The notes under the pieces: generated by a model
Databases searched by the model: none
What the model was told of the DNA's origin: nothing
Seen by the model: the letters and a program-made list of their open reading frames with translations, nothing else
Translations under genes and position numbers: made by a program
NCBI GenBank assembly: GCA_051313645.2
Contig: JBNRSN020000166.1
Location: 744,001 to 808,000 of the forward strand
Length of the DNA: 64,000 nt
Direction of reading: 5' to 3'
Source: Centroscyllium fabricii
Lineage: Eukaryota
Part shown: piece after piece, positions 25,716-40,600 of the stretch
Position numbering within the stretch: the first letter of the stretch is position 1
How the letters are laid out: the number at the start of each line of letters is the position of its first letter

Positions 25716-28700
25716 TGTATGTCTAATAACTGAAATCAGGTACTGTATGTCTAATAACTGAAATCAGTGACAGTGTGTCTAATAACTGAAATCAGTGACT
25801 GTCTGTCTAATAACTGAAATCAGTGACTGTATGTCTAATAACTGAAATCAGTGATTATGTTTAATAACTGAAATCAGTGACAGTGTCTAATAACTGAAAT
25901 CAGTGACTGTATGTCTAATAACTGAAATCAGTGACTGTATGTCTAATAACTGAAATCAGTGACTGTGTGTCTAATAACCAAACTAGTGACAGTGTGTCTA
26001 ATAACAGAAATCAGTGACAGTGTGTCTAATAACAGAAATCAGTGACTGTATGTCTAATAACTGAAATCAGTGACAGTCTGTCTAATAACTGAAATCAGTG
26101 ACTGTATGTCTAATAACTGAAATCAGTGACAGTGTGTCTAATAACTGAAATCCGTGACAGAGAGTCTAATAACTGAAATCAGTGACAGTGTGTCTAATAA
26201 CTGAAATCAGTGACTGTATGTCTAATAACTGAAATCAGTGACTGTATGTCTAATAAATGAAATCAGTGACAGTGTGTCTAATAACTGAAATCCGTGACAG
26301 AGAGTCTAATAACTGAAATCAGTGACAGTGTGTCTAATAACTGAAATCAGTGACTGTATGTCTAATAACTGAAATCAGCGACTGTATGTCTGATAACTGA
26401 AATCAGTGACTGTGTGTCTATTAATTGCAATCATTGACAGTGTGTCAAATAAGAGCAATCTCTGACAGTGTGTTTAATAACAGAAATCAGTGACTGTATA
26501 TCTAATAACTGAATTCAGTGACAGTGTGTCTAATAACAGAAATCAGTGACAGTGTGCCTAATAACTGAAATCAGTGACAGTGTGTCTAATAACAGAAATC
26601 AGTGACAGTATGTCTAATAACTGAAATCAGTGACTGTATATCTAATAACTGAAATCAGTGACAGTGTATCTAATAACTGAAATCTGTGACAGTGTGTCCA
26701 ATAACTGAAATCAGTGACAGTGTGTCTAATAAATGAAATCAGTGACAGTGTGTCTACTAATTGCAATCAGTGACAGTGTGTCAAATAACTGCAATCAGTG
26801 ACAGTGTGTCTAATAACTGCAATCAGTGACAGTGTGTCTAATAACTGGTATCAGTGACAGTGTGTCTAATAACTGAAATCAGTGACAGTGTGTCTAATAA
26901 CTGAAATCAGTGATAGTATGTCTAATAACTGAAATCAGTGACTGTATGTCTAATAACTGAAATCAGTGACTGTCTGTCTAATAACTGAAATCAGTGACTA
27001 TGTCTAATAACTGAAATCAGGGACAGGGTGTCTAATAACTGAAATCACTGACAGTGTGTCTAATAACAAAACTAGGGACAGTGTGTCTAATAACTGAAAT
27101 CAGTGACAGTGTGTATAATAACTGAAATCAGTGACTGTATGTCTAATAACTGAAATCAGTGACTGTATGTCTAATAGCTGAAATCAGTGACAGTGTGTCT
27201 AATAACTGAAATCAGTGACTGTCTGTCTAATAACTGAAATCAGTGACTGTATGTCTAATAACTGAAATCAGTGATTATGTCTAATAACTGAAATCAGTGA
27301 CAGTGTCTAATAACTGAAATCAGTGACTGTATGTCTAATAACTGAAATCAGTGACTGTATGTCTAATAACTGAAATCAGTGACTGTCTGTCTAATAACCA
27401 AACTAGTGACAGTGTGTCTAATAACAGAAATCAGTGACAGTGTGTCTAATAACAGAAATCAGTGACTGTATGTCTAATAACTGAAATCAGTGACTGTCTG
27501 TCTAATAACTGAAATCAGTGACTGTATGTCTAATAACTGAAATCAGTGACAGTGTGTCTAATGACTGAAATCAGTGACAGTGTGTCTAATAACTGAAATC
27601 AGTGACTGTATGTCTAATAACTGAAATCAGTGACTGTATGTCTAATAACTGAAATCAGTGACAGTGTGTCTAATAACTGAAATCCGTGACAGTGTGTCTA
27701 ATAACTGAAATCAGTGACAGTGTGTCTAATAACTGAAATCAGTGACTGTATGTCTAATAACTGAAATCAGTGACTGTATGTCTAATAACTGAAATCAGTG
27801 ACTGTGTGTCTAATAACCAATCTAGTGACAGTGTGTCTAATAACAGAAATCAGTGACAGTGTGTCTAATAACAGAAATCAGTGACTGTATGTCTAATAAC
27901 TGAAATCAGTGACTGTATGTCTAATAACTGAAATCAGTGACTATGTCTAATAACTGAAATCAGTGACAGTGTGTCTAATAACTGAAACCACTGACAGTGT
28001 GTCTAATAACAAAAATAGGGACAGTGTGTCTAATAACTGAAATCAGTGACAGTGTGTCTAATAACTGAAATCAGTGACGGTATGTCTAATAACTGAAATC
28101 AGTGACTGTATGTCTAATAACTGAAATCAGTGACAGTGTGTCTAATAACTGAAATCAGTGACTGTCTGTCTAATAACTGAAAAGAGTGACTGTATGTCTA
28201 ATAACTGAAATCAGTGATTATGACTAATAACTGAAATCAGTGACAATGGGTCTAATAACTGAAATCAGTGGCAGTGTGTCTAATAACTGAAATCAGTGAC
28301 TGTATGTCTAATAACTGAAATCAGTGACTGTATGTCTAATAACTGAAATCAGTGAATGTGTGTCTAATAACCAAACTAGTGACAGTGTGTCTAATAACAG
28401 AAATCAGTGACAGTGTGTCTAATAACAGAAATCAGTGACTGTATGTCTAATAACTGAAATCAGTTACTCTCTGTCTAATAACTGAAACCACTGACAGTGT
28501 GTCTAATAACAAAAATAGGGACAGTGTGTCTAATAACTGAAATCAGTGACAGTGTGTCTAATAACTGAAATCAGTGACTGTATGTCTAATAACTGAAATC
28601 AGTGACTGTATGTCTAATAACTGAAATCAGTGACAGTGTGTCTAATAACTGAAATCAGTGACTGTCTGTCTAATAACTGAAAAGAGTGACTGTATGTCTA

Positions 28701-31700
28701 ATAACTGAAATCAGTGATTATGATTAATAACTGAAATCAGTGAAAGTGTGTCTAATAACTGAAATCAGTGACTGTATGTCTAATAACTGAAATCAGTGAC
28801 TGTATGTCTAATAACTGAAATCAGTGACTGTGTGTCTAATACCCAAACTAGTGACAGTGTGTCTAATAACAGAAATCAGTGACAGTGTGTCTAATAACAG
28901 AAATCATTGACTGTATGTCTAATAACTGAAATCAGTTACTGTCTGTCTAATAACTGAAATCAGTGACTGTATGTCTAATAACTGAAATCAGTGACAGTGT
29001 GTCTAATGACTGAAATCAGTGACAGTGTGTCTAATAACTGAAATCAGTGACTGTATGTCTAATAACTGAAATCAGTGACTGTATGTCTAATAACTGAAAT
29101 CAGTGACAGTGTGTCTAATAACTGAAATCCGTGACAGTGTATCTAATAACTGAAATCAGAACAGTTTGCCTAATAACTGAAATCAGTGACAGTATGTCTA
29201 ATAACTGAAAACAGTGACTGTATATCTAATAACTGAAATCAGTGACAGTGTATCTAATAACTGAAATCAGTGACAGTGTGTCCAATAACTGAAATCAGTG
29301 ACAGTGTGTCTAATAAATGAAATCAGTGACAGTGTGTCTACTAATTGCAATCAGTGACAGTGTGTCAAATAACTGCAATCAGTGACAGTGTGTCTAATAA
29401 CTGCAATCAGTGACAGTGTGTCTAATAACTGGTATCAGTGACAGTGTGTCTAATAACTGAAATCAGTGACAGTGTGTCTAATAAATGAAATCAGTGACAG
29501 TATGTCTAATAACTGAAATCAGTGACTGTATGTCTAATAACTGAAATCAGTGACTGTCTGTCTAATAACTGAAATCAGTGACTATGTCTAATAACTGAAA
29601 TCAGTGACTGTGTGTCTAATAACTGAAATCACTGACAGTGTGTCTAATAACAAAACTAGGGACAGTGTGTCTAATAACTGAAATCAGTGACAGTGTGTAT
29701 AATAACTGAAATCAGTGACTGTATGTCTAATAACTGAAATCAGTGACTGTATGTCTAATAACTGAAATCAGTGACAGTGTGTCTAATAACTGAAATCAGT
29801 GACTGTCTGTCTAATAACTGAAATCAGTGACTGTATGTCTAATAACTGAAATCAGTGATTATGTCTAATAACTGAAATCAGTGACAGTGTCTAATAACTG
29901 AAATCAGTGACTGTATGTCTAATAACTGAAATCAGTGACTGTATGTCTAATAACTGAAATCAGTGACTGTCTGTCTAATAACCAAACTAGTGACAGTGTG
30001 TCTAATAACAGAAATCAGTGACAGTGTGTCTAATAACAGAAATCAGTGACTGTATGTCTAATAACTGAAATCAGTGACTGTCTGTCTAATAACTGAAATC
30101 AGTGACTGTATGTCTAATAACTGAAATCAGTGACAGTGTGTATAATGACTGAAATCAGTGACAGTGTGTCTAATAACTGAAATCACTGACTGCATGTCTA
30201 ATAACTGAAATCAGTGACTGTATGTCTAATAACTGAAATCAGTGACAGTGTGTCTAATAACTGAAATCTGTGACAGTGTGTCTAATAACTGAAATCATTG
30301 ACAGTGTGTCTAATAACTTAAATCAGTGACTGTATGTCTAATAACTGAAATCAGTGACTGTATGTCTAATAACTGAAATCAGTGACTGTGTGTCTAATAA
30401 CCAATCTAGTGACAGTGTGTCTAATAACAGAAATCAGTGACAGTGTGTCTAATAACAGAAATCAGTGACTGTATGTCTAATAACTGAAATCAGTGACTGT
30501 CTGTCTAATAACTGAAATCAGTGACTGTATGTGTAATAACTGAAATCAGAAACAGTGTGTCTAATAACTGAAAACAGTGACAGTGTGTCTAATAACTGAA
30601 ATCAGTGACTGAATGTCTAATAAATGAAATCAGTGACTGTATGTCTAATAACTGAAATCAGTGACTGTATGTCTAATAACTGAAATCAGTGACTATGTCT
30701 AATAAATGAAATCAGTGACAGTGTGTCTAATAACTGAAACCACTGACAGTGTGTCTAATAACAAAAATAGGGACAGTGTGTCTAATAACTGAAATCAGTG
30801 ACAGTGTGTCTAATAACTGAAATCAGTGACTGTATGTCTAATAACTGAAATCAGTGACTGTATGTCTAATAACTGAAATCAGTGACAGTGCGTCTAATAA
30901 CTGAAATCAGTGACAGTCTGTCTAATAACTGAAAACAGTGACTGAATGTCTAATAACTGAAATCAGTGATTATGACTAATAACTGAAATCAGTGACAGTG
31001 TGTCTAATAACTTAAATCAGTGACTGTATGTCTAATAACTGAAATCAGTGACTGTATGTCTAATAACTGAAATCAGTGACTGTGTGTCTAATAACCAAAC
31101 TAGTGACAGTTTGTCTAATAACAGAAATCAGCGACAGTGTGTCTAATAACAGAAATCAGTGACTGTATGTCTAATAACTGAAATCAGTTACTGTCTGTCT
31201 AATAACTGAAATCAGTGACTGTATGTCTAATAACTGAAATCAGTGACAGTGTGTCTAATGACTGAAATCAGTGACAGTGTGTCTAATAACTGAAATCAGT
31301 GACTGTATGTCTAATAACTGAAATCAGTGACTGTATGTCTAATAACTGAAATCAGTGACAGTGTGTCTAATAACTGAAATCCATCACAGTGTGTCTAATA
31401 ACTGAAATCAGTGACAGTGTGTCTAATAACTGAAATCAGTGACAGTGTGTCTAATAACAAAACTAGTGACCGCGTGTCTAAAAACAGAAATCAGTGACAG
31501 TGTGTCTAATAACTGAAATCAGTGACAGTGTGTCTAATAACTGAAATCAGTGACTGTCTGTCTAATAGCTGAAATCAGCGACAGTGTGTCTAATAACAAA
31601 ACTAGTGACAGTGTGTCTAATAACAGAAATCAGTGACTGTATGTCTAATAACTGAAATCAGTGACAGTGTGTCTAATAACAGAAATCAGTGACAGTGTGT

Positions 31701-34700
31701 CTAATTACAAAACTAGGGACAGTGTGTCTAATAACTGAAATCCGTGACTGTGTGTCTAATAACTGAAATCAGTGACAGTGTGTCTAATAACAGAAATCAA
31801 TGACTGTATGTCTAATAACTGAAATCAGTGACAGTGTGTCTAATAACAGAAATCAGTGACAGTGTGCCTAATAACTGAAATCAGTGACAGTGTGTCTAAT
31901 AAAATAAATCAGTGACAGTGTGTCTAATAACTGAAATCAGTGACTGTATGTCTAATAACTGAAATCAGTGACAGTGTGTCTAATAACTGAAATCAGTGAC
32001 AGTGTGTCTAATTACAAAACTAGGGACAGTGTGTCTAATAACTGAAATCAGTGACAGTGTATCTAATGACTGAAATCAGTGACAGTGTGTCTAATAACTG
32101 AAATCAGTGACTGTATGTCTAATAACTGAAATCAGTGACTGTATGTCTAATAACTGAAATCAGTGACAGTGTGTCTAATAACTGAAATCCATCACAGTGT
32201 GTCTAATAACTGAAATCAGTGACAGTGTGTCTAATAACTGAAATCAGTGACAGTGTGTCTAATAACAAAACTAGTGACAGCGTGTCTAAAAACAGAAATC
32301 AGTGACAGTGTGTCTAATAACTGAAATCAGTGACAGTGTTTCTAATAACTGAAATCAGTGACTGTCTGTCTAATAGCTGAAATCAGTGACAGTGTGTCTA
32401 ATAACAAAACTAGTGACAGTGTGTCTAATAACAGAAATCAGTGACTGTATGTCTAATAACTGAAATCAGTGACAGTGTGTCTAATAACAGAAATCAGTGA
32501 CAGTGTGTCTAATTACAAAACTAGGGACAGTGTGTCTAATAACTGAAATCCATGACTGTGTGTCTAATAACTGAAATCAGTGACAGTGTGTCTAATAACA
32601 GAAATCAATGACTGTATGTCTAATAACTGAAATCAGTGACAGTGTGTCTAATAACAGAAATCAGTGACAGTGTGCCTAATAACTGAAATCAGTGACAGTG
32701 TGTCTAATAAAATAAATCAGTGACAGTGTGTCTAATAACTGAAATCAGTGACTGTATGTCTAATAACTGAAATCAGTGACAGTGTGTCTAATAACTGAAA
32801 TCAGTGACAGTGTGTCTAATTACAAAACTAGGGACAGTGTGTCTAATAACTGATATCAGTGACTGTGTGTCTAATAACTGCAATCAGTGACAGTGTGTCT
32901 AATAACAGAAATCAGTGACTGTATATCTATTAACTGAATTCAGTGACAGTGTGTCTAATAACAGAAATCAGTGACAGTGTGCCTATTAACCGAAATCAAT
33001 GACAGTGTGTCTAATAACAGAAATCAGTGACAGTGTGTCTAATAACTGAAATCAGTGACTGTATATCTAATAACTGAAATCAGTTACAGTGTATCTAATT
33101 ACTGAAATCAGTGACAGTGTGTCCAATAACTGAAATCAGTGACAGTGTGTCTAATAACTGAAATCAGTGACAGTGTGTCTAATAATTGCAATCAATGACA
33201 GTGTGTCTAATAACTGCAATCAGTGACAGTGTGCCTAATAACTGCAATCAGTGACAGTGTGACTAATAACTGGTATCAGTGACAGTGTGTCTAATAACTG
33301 AAATCAGTGACAGTGTGTCTAATAACTGAAATCAGTGACAGTATGTCTAATAACTGAAATCAGTGACTGTATGTCTAATAACTGAAATCAGTGACTGTCT
33401 GTCTAATAACTGAAATCAGTGACTATGTCTAATAACTGAAATCAGTGACAGTGTGTCTAATAACTGAAATCACTGACAGTGTGTCTAATAACAAAACTAG
33501 GGACAGTGTGTCTAATAACTGAAATCAGTGACAGTGTGTCTAATAACTGAAATCAGTGACTGTATGTCTAATAACTGAAATCAGTGACTGTATGTCTAAT
33601 AACTGAAATCAGTGACAGTGTGTCTAATAACTGAAATCAGTGACTGTCTGTCTAATAACTGAAATCAGTGACTGTATGACTAATAACTGAAATCAGTGAT
33701 TATGTCTAATAACTGAAATCAGTGACAGTGCCTAATAACTAAAATCAGTGACTGTATGTCTAATAACTGAAATCAGTGAATATATGTCTAATAACTGAAA
33801 TCAGTGACTGTGTGTCTAATAACCAAACTAGTGACAGTGTGTCTAATAACAGAAATCAGTGACAGTGCGTCTAATAACAGAAATCAGTGACTGTATGTCT
33901 AATAACTGAAATCAGTGACAGTGTGTCTAATAACTGAAATCAATGACTGTATGTCTAATAACTGAAATCAGTGACAGTGTGTCTAATGACTGAAATCAGT
34001 GACAGTGTGTCTAATAACTGAAATCAGTGACTGTATGTCTAATTACTGAAATCAGTGACTGTATGTCTAATAACTGAAATCATTGACAGTGTGTCTAATA
34101 ACTGAAATCCGTGACAGCGTGTCTAATATCTGAAATCAGTGACAGTGTGTCTAATAACTGAAATCAGTGACAGTGTGTCTAATAACAAAACTAGTGACAG
34201 CGTGTCTAATTACAGAAATCAGTGACAGTGTGTCTAATAACTGAAATCAGTGACAGTGTGTCTAATAACTGAAATCAGTGACTGTATGTCTAATAGCTGA
34301 AATCAGTGACAGTGTGTCTAATAACAAAACTAGTGACAGTGTGTCTAATAACAGAAATCAGTGACTGTATGTCTAATAACTGAAATCAGTGACAGTGTGT
34401 CTAATAACAGAAATCAGTGACAGTGTGTCTAATTACAAAACTAGGGACAGTGTGTCTAATAACTGAAATCAGTGACTGTGTGTCTAATAACTGAAATCAG
34501 TGACAGTGTGTCTAATAACAGAAATCAGTGACTGTATGTCTAATAACTGAAATCAGTGACAGTGTGTCTAATAACAGAAATCAGTGACAGTGTGCCTAAT
34601 AACTGAAATCAGTGACTGTATGTCTAATAACTGAAATCAGTGACTGTCTGTCTAATAACTGAAATCAATGACTGTATGTCTAATAACTAAAATCAGTGAC

Positions 34701-37625
34701 AGTGTGTCCAATAACTGAATCAGTGACAGTGTGTCTAATAACTGAAATCAGTGACAGTGTGTCTAATAATTGCAATCAATGACAGTGTGTCTAATAACTG
34801 CAATCAGTGACAGTGTGTCTAATAACTGCAATCAGTGACAGTGTGACTAATAACTGGTATCAGTGACAGTGTGTCTAATAACTGAAATCAGTGACATTGT
34901 GTCTAATAACTGAAATCAGTGACAGTATGTCTAATAACTGAAATCAGTGACTGTATGTCTAATAACTGAAATCAGTGACTGTCTGTCTAATAACTGAAAT
35001 CAGTGACTATGTCTAATAACTGAAATCAGTGACAGTGTGTCTAATAACTGAAATCACTGACAGTGTGTCTAATAACAAAACTAGGGACAGTGTGTCTAAT
35101 AACTGAAATCAGTGACAGTGTGTCTAATAACTGAAATCAGTGACTGTATGTCTAATAACTGAAATCAGTGACTGTATGTCTAATAACTGAAATCAGTGAC
35201 AGTGTGTCTAATAACTGAAATCAGTGACTGTCTGTCTAATAACTGAAATCAGTGACTGTATGTCTAATAACTGAAATCAGTGATTATGTCTAATAACTGA
35301 AATCAGTGACAGTGCCTAATAACTAATATCAGTGACTGTATGTCTAATAACTGAAATCAGTGAATGTATGTCTAATAACTGAAATCAGTGACTGTGTGTC
35401 TAATAACCAAACTAGTGACAGTGTGTCTAATAACAGAAATCAGTGACAGTGCGTCTAATAACAGAAATCAGTGACTGTATGTCTAATAACTGAAATCAGT
35501 GACTGTCTGTCTAATAACTGAAATCAATGACTGTATGTCTAATAACTGAAATCAGTGACAGTGTGTCTAATGACTGAAATCAGTGACAGTGTGTCTAATA
35601 ACTGAAATCAGTGTCTGTATGTCTAATTACTGAAATCAGTGACTGTATGTCTAATAACTGAAATCATTGACAGTGTGTCTAATAACTGAAATCCGTGACA
35701 GTGTGTCTAATATCTGAAATCAGTGACAGTGTGTCTAATAACTGAAATCAGTGACAGTGTGTCTAATAACTGAAATCAGTGACAGTGTGTCTAATAACTG
35801 AAATCAGTGACTGTATGTCTAATAGCTGAAATCAGTGACAGTGTGTCTAATAACAAAACTAGTGACAGTGTGTCTAATAACAGAAATCAGTGACTGTATG
35901 TCTAATAACTGAAATCAGTGACAGTGTGTCTAATAACAGAAATCAGTGACAGTGTGTCTAATTAGAAAACTAGGGACAGTGTGTCTAATAACTGAAATCA
36001 GTGACTGTGTGTCTAATAACTGAAATCAGTGACAGTGTGTCTAATAACAGAAATCAGTGACTGTATGTCTAATAACTGAAATCAGTGACAGTGTGTCTAA
36101 TAACAGAAATCAGTGACAGTGTGCCTAATAACTGAAATCAGTGACAGTGTGTCTAATAACATAAATCAGTGATAGTGTGTCTAATAACTGAAATAAGTGA
36201 CTGTATGTCTAATAACTGAAATCAGTGACAGTGTATCTAATAACTGAAATCAGTGACAGTGTGTCTAATTACAAAACTAGGGACAGTGTGTCTAATAACT
36301 GAAATCAGTGACTGTGTGTCTAATAACTGCAATCAGTGACAGTGTGTCTAATAACAGAAATCAGTGACTGTATATCTAATAACTGAAATCAGTGACAGTG
36401 TGTCTAATAACAGAAATCAGTGACAGTGTGCCTAATAACTGAAATCAGTGACAGTGTGTCTAATAACAGAAATCAGTGACAGTGTGTCTAATAAATGAAA
36501 TCAGTGACTGTATATCTAATAACTGAAATCAGTGACAGTGTATCTAATAACTGAAATCAGTGACAGTGTGTCCAATAACTGAAATCAGTGACAGTGTGCC
36601 TAATAACTGCAATCAGTGACAGTGTGTCTAATAACTGCAATCAGTGACAGTGTGTCTAATAACTCGTATCAGTGACAGTGTGTCTAATAACTGAAATAAG
36701 TGACAGTGTGCCTAATAACTGAAATCAGTGACAGTGTGTCTAATAACAGAAATCAGTGACAGTGTGTCTAATGACTGAAATCAGTGACTGTATATCTAAT
36801 AAATGAAATCAGTGACAGTGTATCTAATAACTGAAATCAGTGACAGTGTGTCCAATAACTGAAATCAGTGACAGTGTGTCTAATAACTGAAATCAGTGAC
36901 AGTGTGTCTAAAAATTGCAATCAGTGACACTGTGTCAAATAACAGAAATCAGTGGCAGTGTGTCTAATAACTGCAATCAGTGACAGTGTGTCTAATAACT
37001 GGTATCAGTGACAGTGTGTCTAATAACTGAAATCAGTGACAGTGTGTCTAATAACTGAAATCAGTGACAGTATGTCAAATAACTGAAATCAGTGACTGTA
37101 TGTCTAATAACTGAAATCAGTGACTGTCTGTCTAATAACTGAAATCAGTGACTATGTCTAATAACTGAAATCAGTGACAGTGTGTCTAATAACTGAAATC
37201 ACTGACAGTGTGTCTAATAACAAAACTAGGGACAGTGTGTCTAATAACTGAAATCAGTGACAGTGTGTCTAATAACTGAAATCAGTGACTGTATGTCTAA
37301 TAACTGAAATCAGGTACTGTATGTCTAATAACTGAAATCAGTGACAGTGTGTCTAATAACTGAAATCAGTGACTGTCTGTCTAATAACTGAAATCAGTGA
37401 CTGTATGTCTAATAACTGAAATCAGTGATTATGTTTAATAACTGAAATCAGTGACAGTGTCTAATAACTGAAATCAGTGACTGTATGTCTAATAACTGAA
37501 ATCAGTGACTGTATGTCTAATAACTGAAATCAGTGACTGTGTGTCTAATAACCAAACTAGTGACAGTGTGTCTAATAACAGAAATCAGTGACAGTGTGTC
37601 TAATAACAGAAATCAGTGACTGTAT
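25110..37625 (+). repeat. Dispersed copy of about 0.93 kb (about 25110-26050 re-inserted at about 36690-37625), offset 11574 bp
   Basis: aatAagtgac at 25121/36695 and caGGTact at 25737/37311. Also shared are ctaaAaattgc, gacaCtgtg, gtGgcagt and gattatgtTtaa. Confidence 0.8.
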
Positions 37626-40600
37626 GTCTAATAACTGAAATCAGTTACTCTCTGTCTAATAACTGAAACCACTGACAGTGTGTCTAATAACAAAAATAGG
37701 GACAGTGTGTCTAATAACTGAAATCAGTGACAGTGTGTCTAATAACTGAAATCAGTGACTGTATGTCTAATAACTGAAATCAGTGACTGTATGTCTAATA
37801 ACTGAAATCAGTGACAGTGTGTCTAATAACTGAAATCAGTGACTGTCTGTCTAATAACTGAAAAGAGTGACTGTATGTCTAATAACTGAAATCAGTGATT
37901 ATGACTAATAACTGAAATCAGTGACAGTGTGTCTAATAACTGAAATCAGTGACTGTATGTCTAATAACTGAAATCAGTGACTGTATGTCTAATAACTGAA
38001 ATCAGTGACTGTGTGTCTAATAACCAAACTAGTGACAGTGTGTCTAATAACAGAAATCAGTGACAGTGTGTCTAATAACAGAAATCATTGACTGTATGTC
38101 TAATAACTGAAATCAGTTACTGTCTGTCTAATAACTGAAATCAGTGACTGTATGTCTAATAACTGAAATCAGTGACAGTGTGTCTAATGACTGAAATCAG
38201 TGACAGTGTGTCTAATAACTGAAATCAGTGACTGTATGTCTAATAACTGAAATCAGTGACTGTATGTCTAATAACTGAAATCAGTGACAGTGTGTCTAAT
38301 AACTGAAATCCGTGACAGTGTGTCTAATAACTGAAATCAGAACAGTGTGCCTAATAACTGAAATCAGTGACTGTGTGTCTAATAATTGCAATCAGTGACA
38401 GTGTGTCAAATAAGAGCAATCTCTGACAGTGTGTTTAATAACAGAAATCAGTGACTGTATATCTAATAACTGAATTCAGTGACAGTGTGTCTAATAACAG
38501 AAATCAGTGACAGTGTGCCTAATAACTGAAATCAGTGACAGTGTGTCTAATAACAGAAATCAGTGACAGTATGTCTAATAACTGAAATCAGTGACTGTAT
38601 ATCTAATAACTGAAATCAGTGACAGTGTATCTAATAACTGAAATCAGTGACAGTGTGTCCAATAACTGAAATCAGTGACAGTGTGTCTAATAAATGAAAT
38701 CAGTGACAGTGTGTCTACTAATTGCAATCAGTGACAGTGTGTCAAATAACTGCAATCAGTGACAGTGTGTCTAATAACTGCAATCAGTGACAGTGTGTCT
38801 AATAACTGGTATCAGTGACAGTGTGTCTAATAACTGAAATCAGTGACAGTGTGTCTAATAACTGAAATCAGTGATAGTATATCTAATAACTGAAATCAGT
38901 GACTGTATGTCTAATAACTGAAATCAGTGACTGTATGTCTAATAACTGAAATCAGTGACTGTCTGTCTAATAACTGAAATCAGTGACTATGTCTAATAAC
39001 TGAAATCAGTGACTGTGTGTCTAATAACTGAAATCACTGACAGTGTGTCTAATAACAAAACTAGGGACAGTGTGTCTAATAACTGAAATCAGTGACAGTA
39101 TGTCTAATAACTGAAATCAGTGACTGTATGTCTAATAACTGAAATCAGTGACTGTCTGTCTAATAACTGAAATCAGTGACTATGTCTAATAACTGAAATC
39201 AGTGACTGTGTGTCTAATAACTGAAATCACTGACAGTGTGTCTAATAACAAAACTAGGGACAGTGTGTCTAATAACTGAAATCAGTGACAGTGTGTATAA
39301 TAACTGAAATCAGTGACTGTATGTCTAATAACTGAAATCAGTGACTGTATGTCTAATAACAGAAATCAGTGACAGTGTGTCTAATAACTGAAATCAGTGA
39401 CTGTCTGTCTAATAACTGAAATCAGTGACTGTATGTCTAATAACTGAAATCAGTGATTATGTCTAATAACTGAAATCAGTGACAGTGTCTAATAACTGAA
39501 ATCAGTGACTGTATGTCTAATAACTGAAATCAGTGACTGTATGTCTAATAACTGAAATCAGTGACTGTCTGTCTAATAACCAAACTAGTGACAGTGTGTC
39601 TAATAACAGAAATCAGTGACAGTGTGTCTAATAACAGAAATCAGTGACTGTATGTCTAATAAATGAAATCAGTGACTGTCTGTCTAATAACTGAAATCAG
39701 TGACTGTATGTCTAATAACTGAAATCAGTGACAGTGTGTATAATGACTGAAATCAGTGACAGTGTGTCTAATAACTGAAATCAGTGACAGCATGTCTAAT
39801 AACTGAAATCAGTGACTGTATGTCTAATAACTGAAATCAATGACTGTGTGTCTAATAATTGCAATCAGTGACAGTGTGTCAAATAAGAGCAATCTCTGAC
39901 AGTGTGTTTAATAACAGAAATCAGTGACTGTATATCTAATAACTGAATTCAGTGACAGTGTGTCTAATAACAGAAATCAGTGACAGTGTGCCTAATAACT
40001 GAAATCAGTGACAGTGTGTCTAATAACAGAAATCAGTGACAGTATGTCTAATAACTGAAATCAGTGACTGTATATCTAATAACTGAAATCAGTGACAGTG
40101 TATCTAATAACTGAAATCAGTGACAGTGTGTCCAATAACTGAAACCAGTGACAGTGTGTCTAATAAATGAAATCAGTGACAGTGTGTCTACTAATTGCAA
40201 TCAGTGACAGTGTGTCAAATAACTGCAATCAGTGACAGTGTGTCTAATAACTGCAATCAGTGACAGCGTGTCTAATAACTGGTATCAGTGACAGTGTGTC
40301 TAATAACTGAAATCAGTGACAGTGTGTCTAATAACTGAAATCAATGATAGTATGTCTAATAACTGAAATCAGTGACTGTATGTCTAATAACTGAAATCAG
40401 TGACTGTCTGTCTAATAACTGAAATCAGTGACTATGTCTAATAACTGAAATCAGTGACAGTGTGTCTAATAACTGAAATCACTGACAGTGTGTCTAATAA
40501 CAAAACTAGGGACAGTGTGTCTAATAACTGAAATCAGTGACAGTGTGTATAATAACTGAAATCAGTGACTGTATGTCTAATAACTGAAATCAGTGACTGT

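Noticed and set aside
31381-31470. V(D)J recombination signal-like motifs (GACAGTG/CACAGTG heptamer, ACAAAACTA/ACAAAAATA nonamer-like)
   Set aside because: The consensus heptamer lacks the essential CAC, and the heptamer-to-nonamer spacing is 9 bp, not 12 or 23. The exact CACAGTG in the CCATCACAGTG variant has no correctly spaced nonamer.
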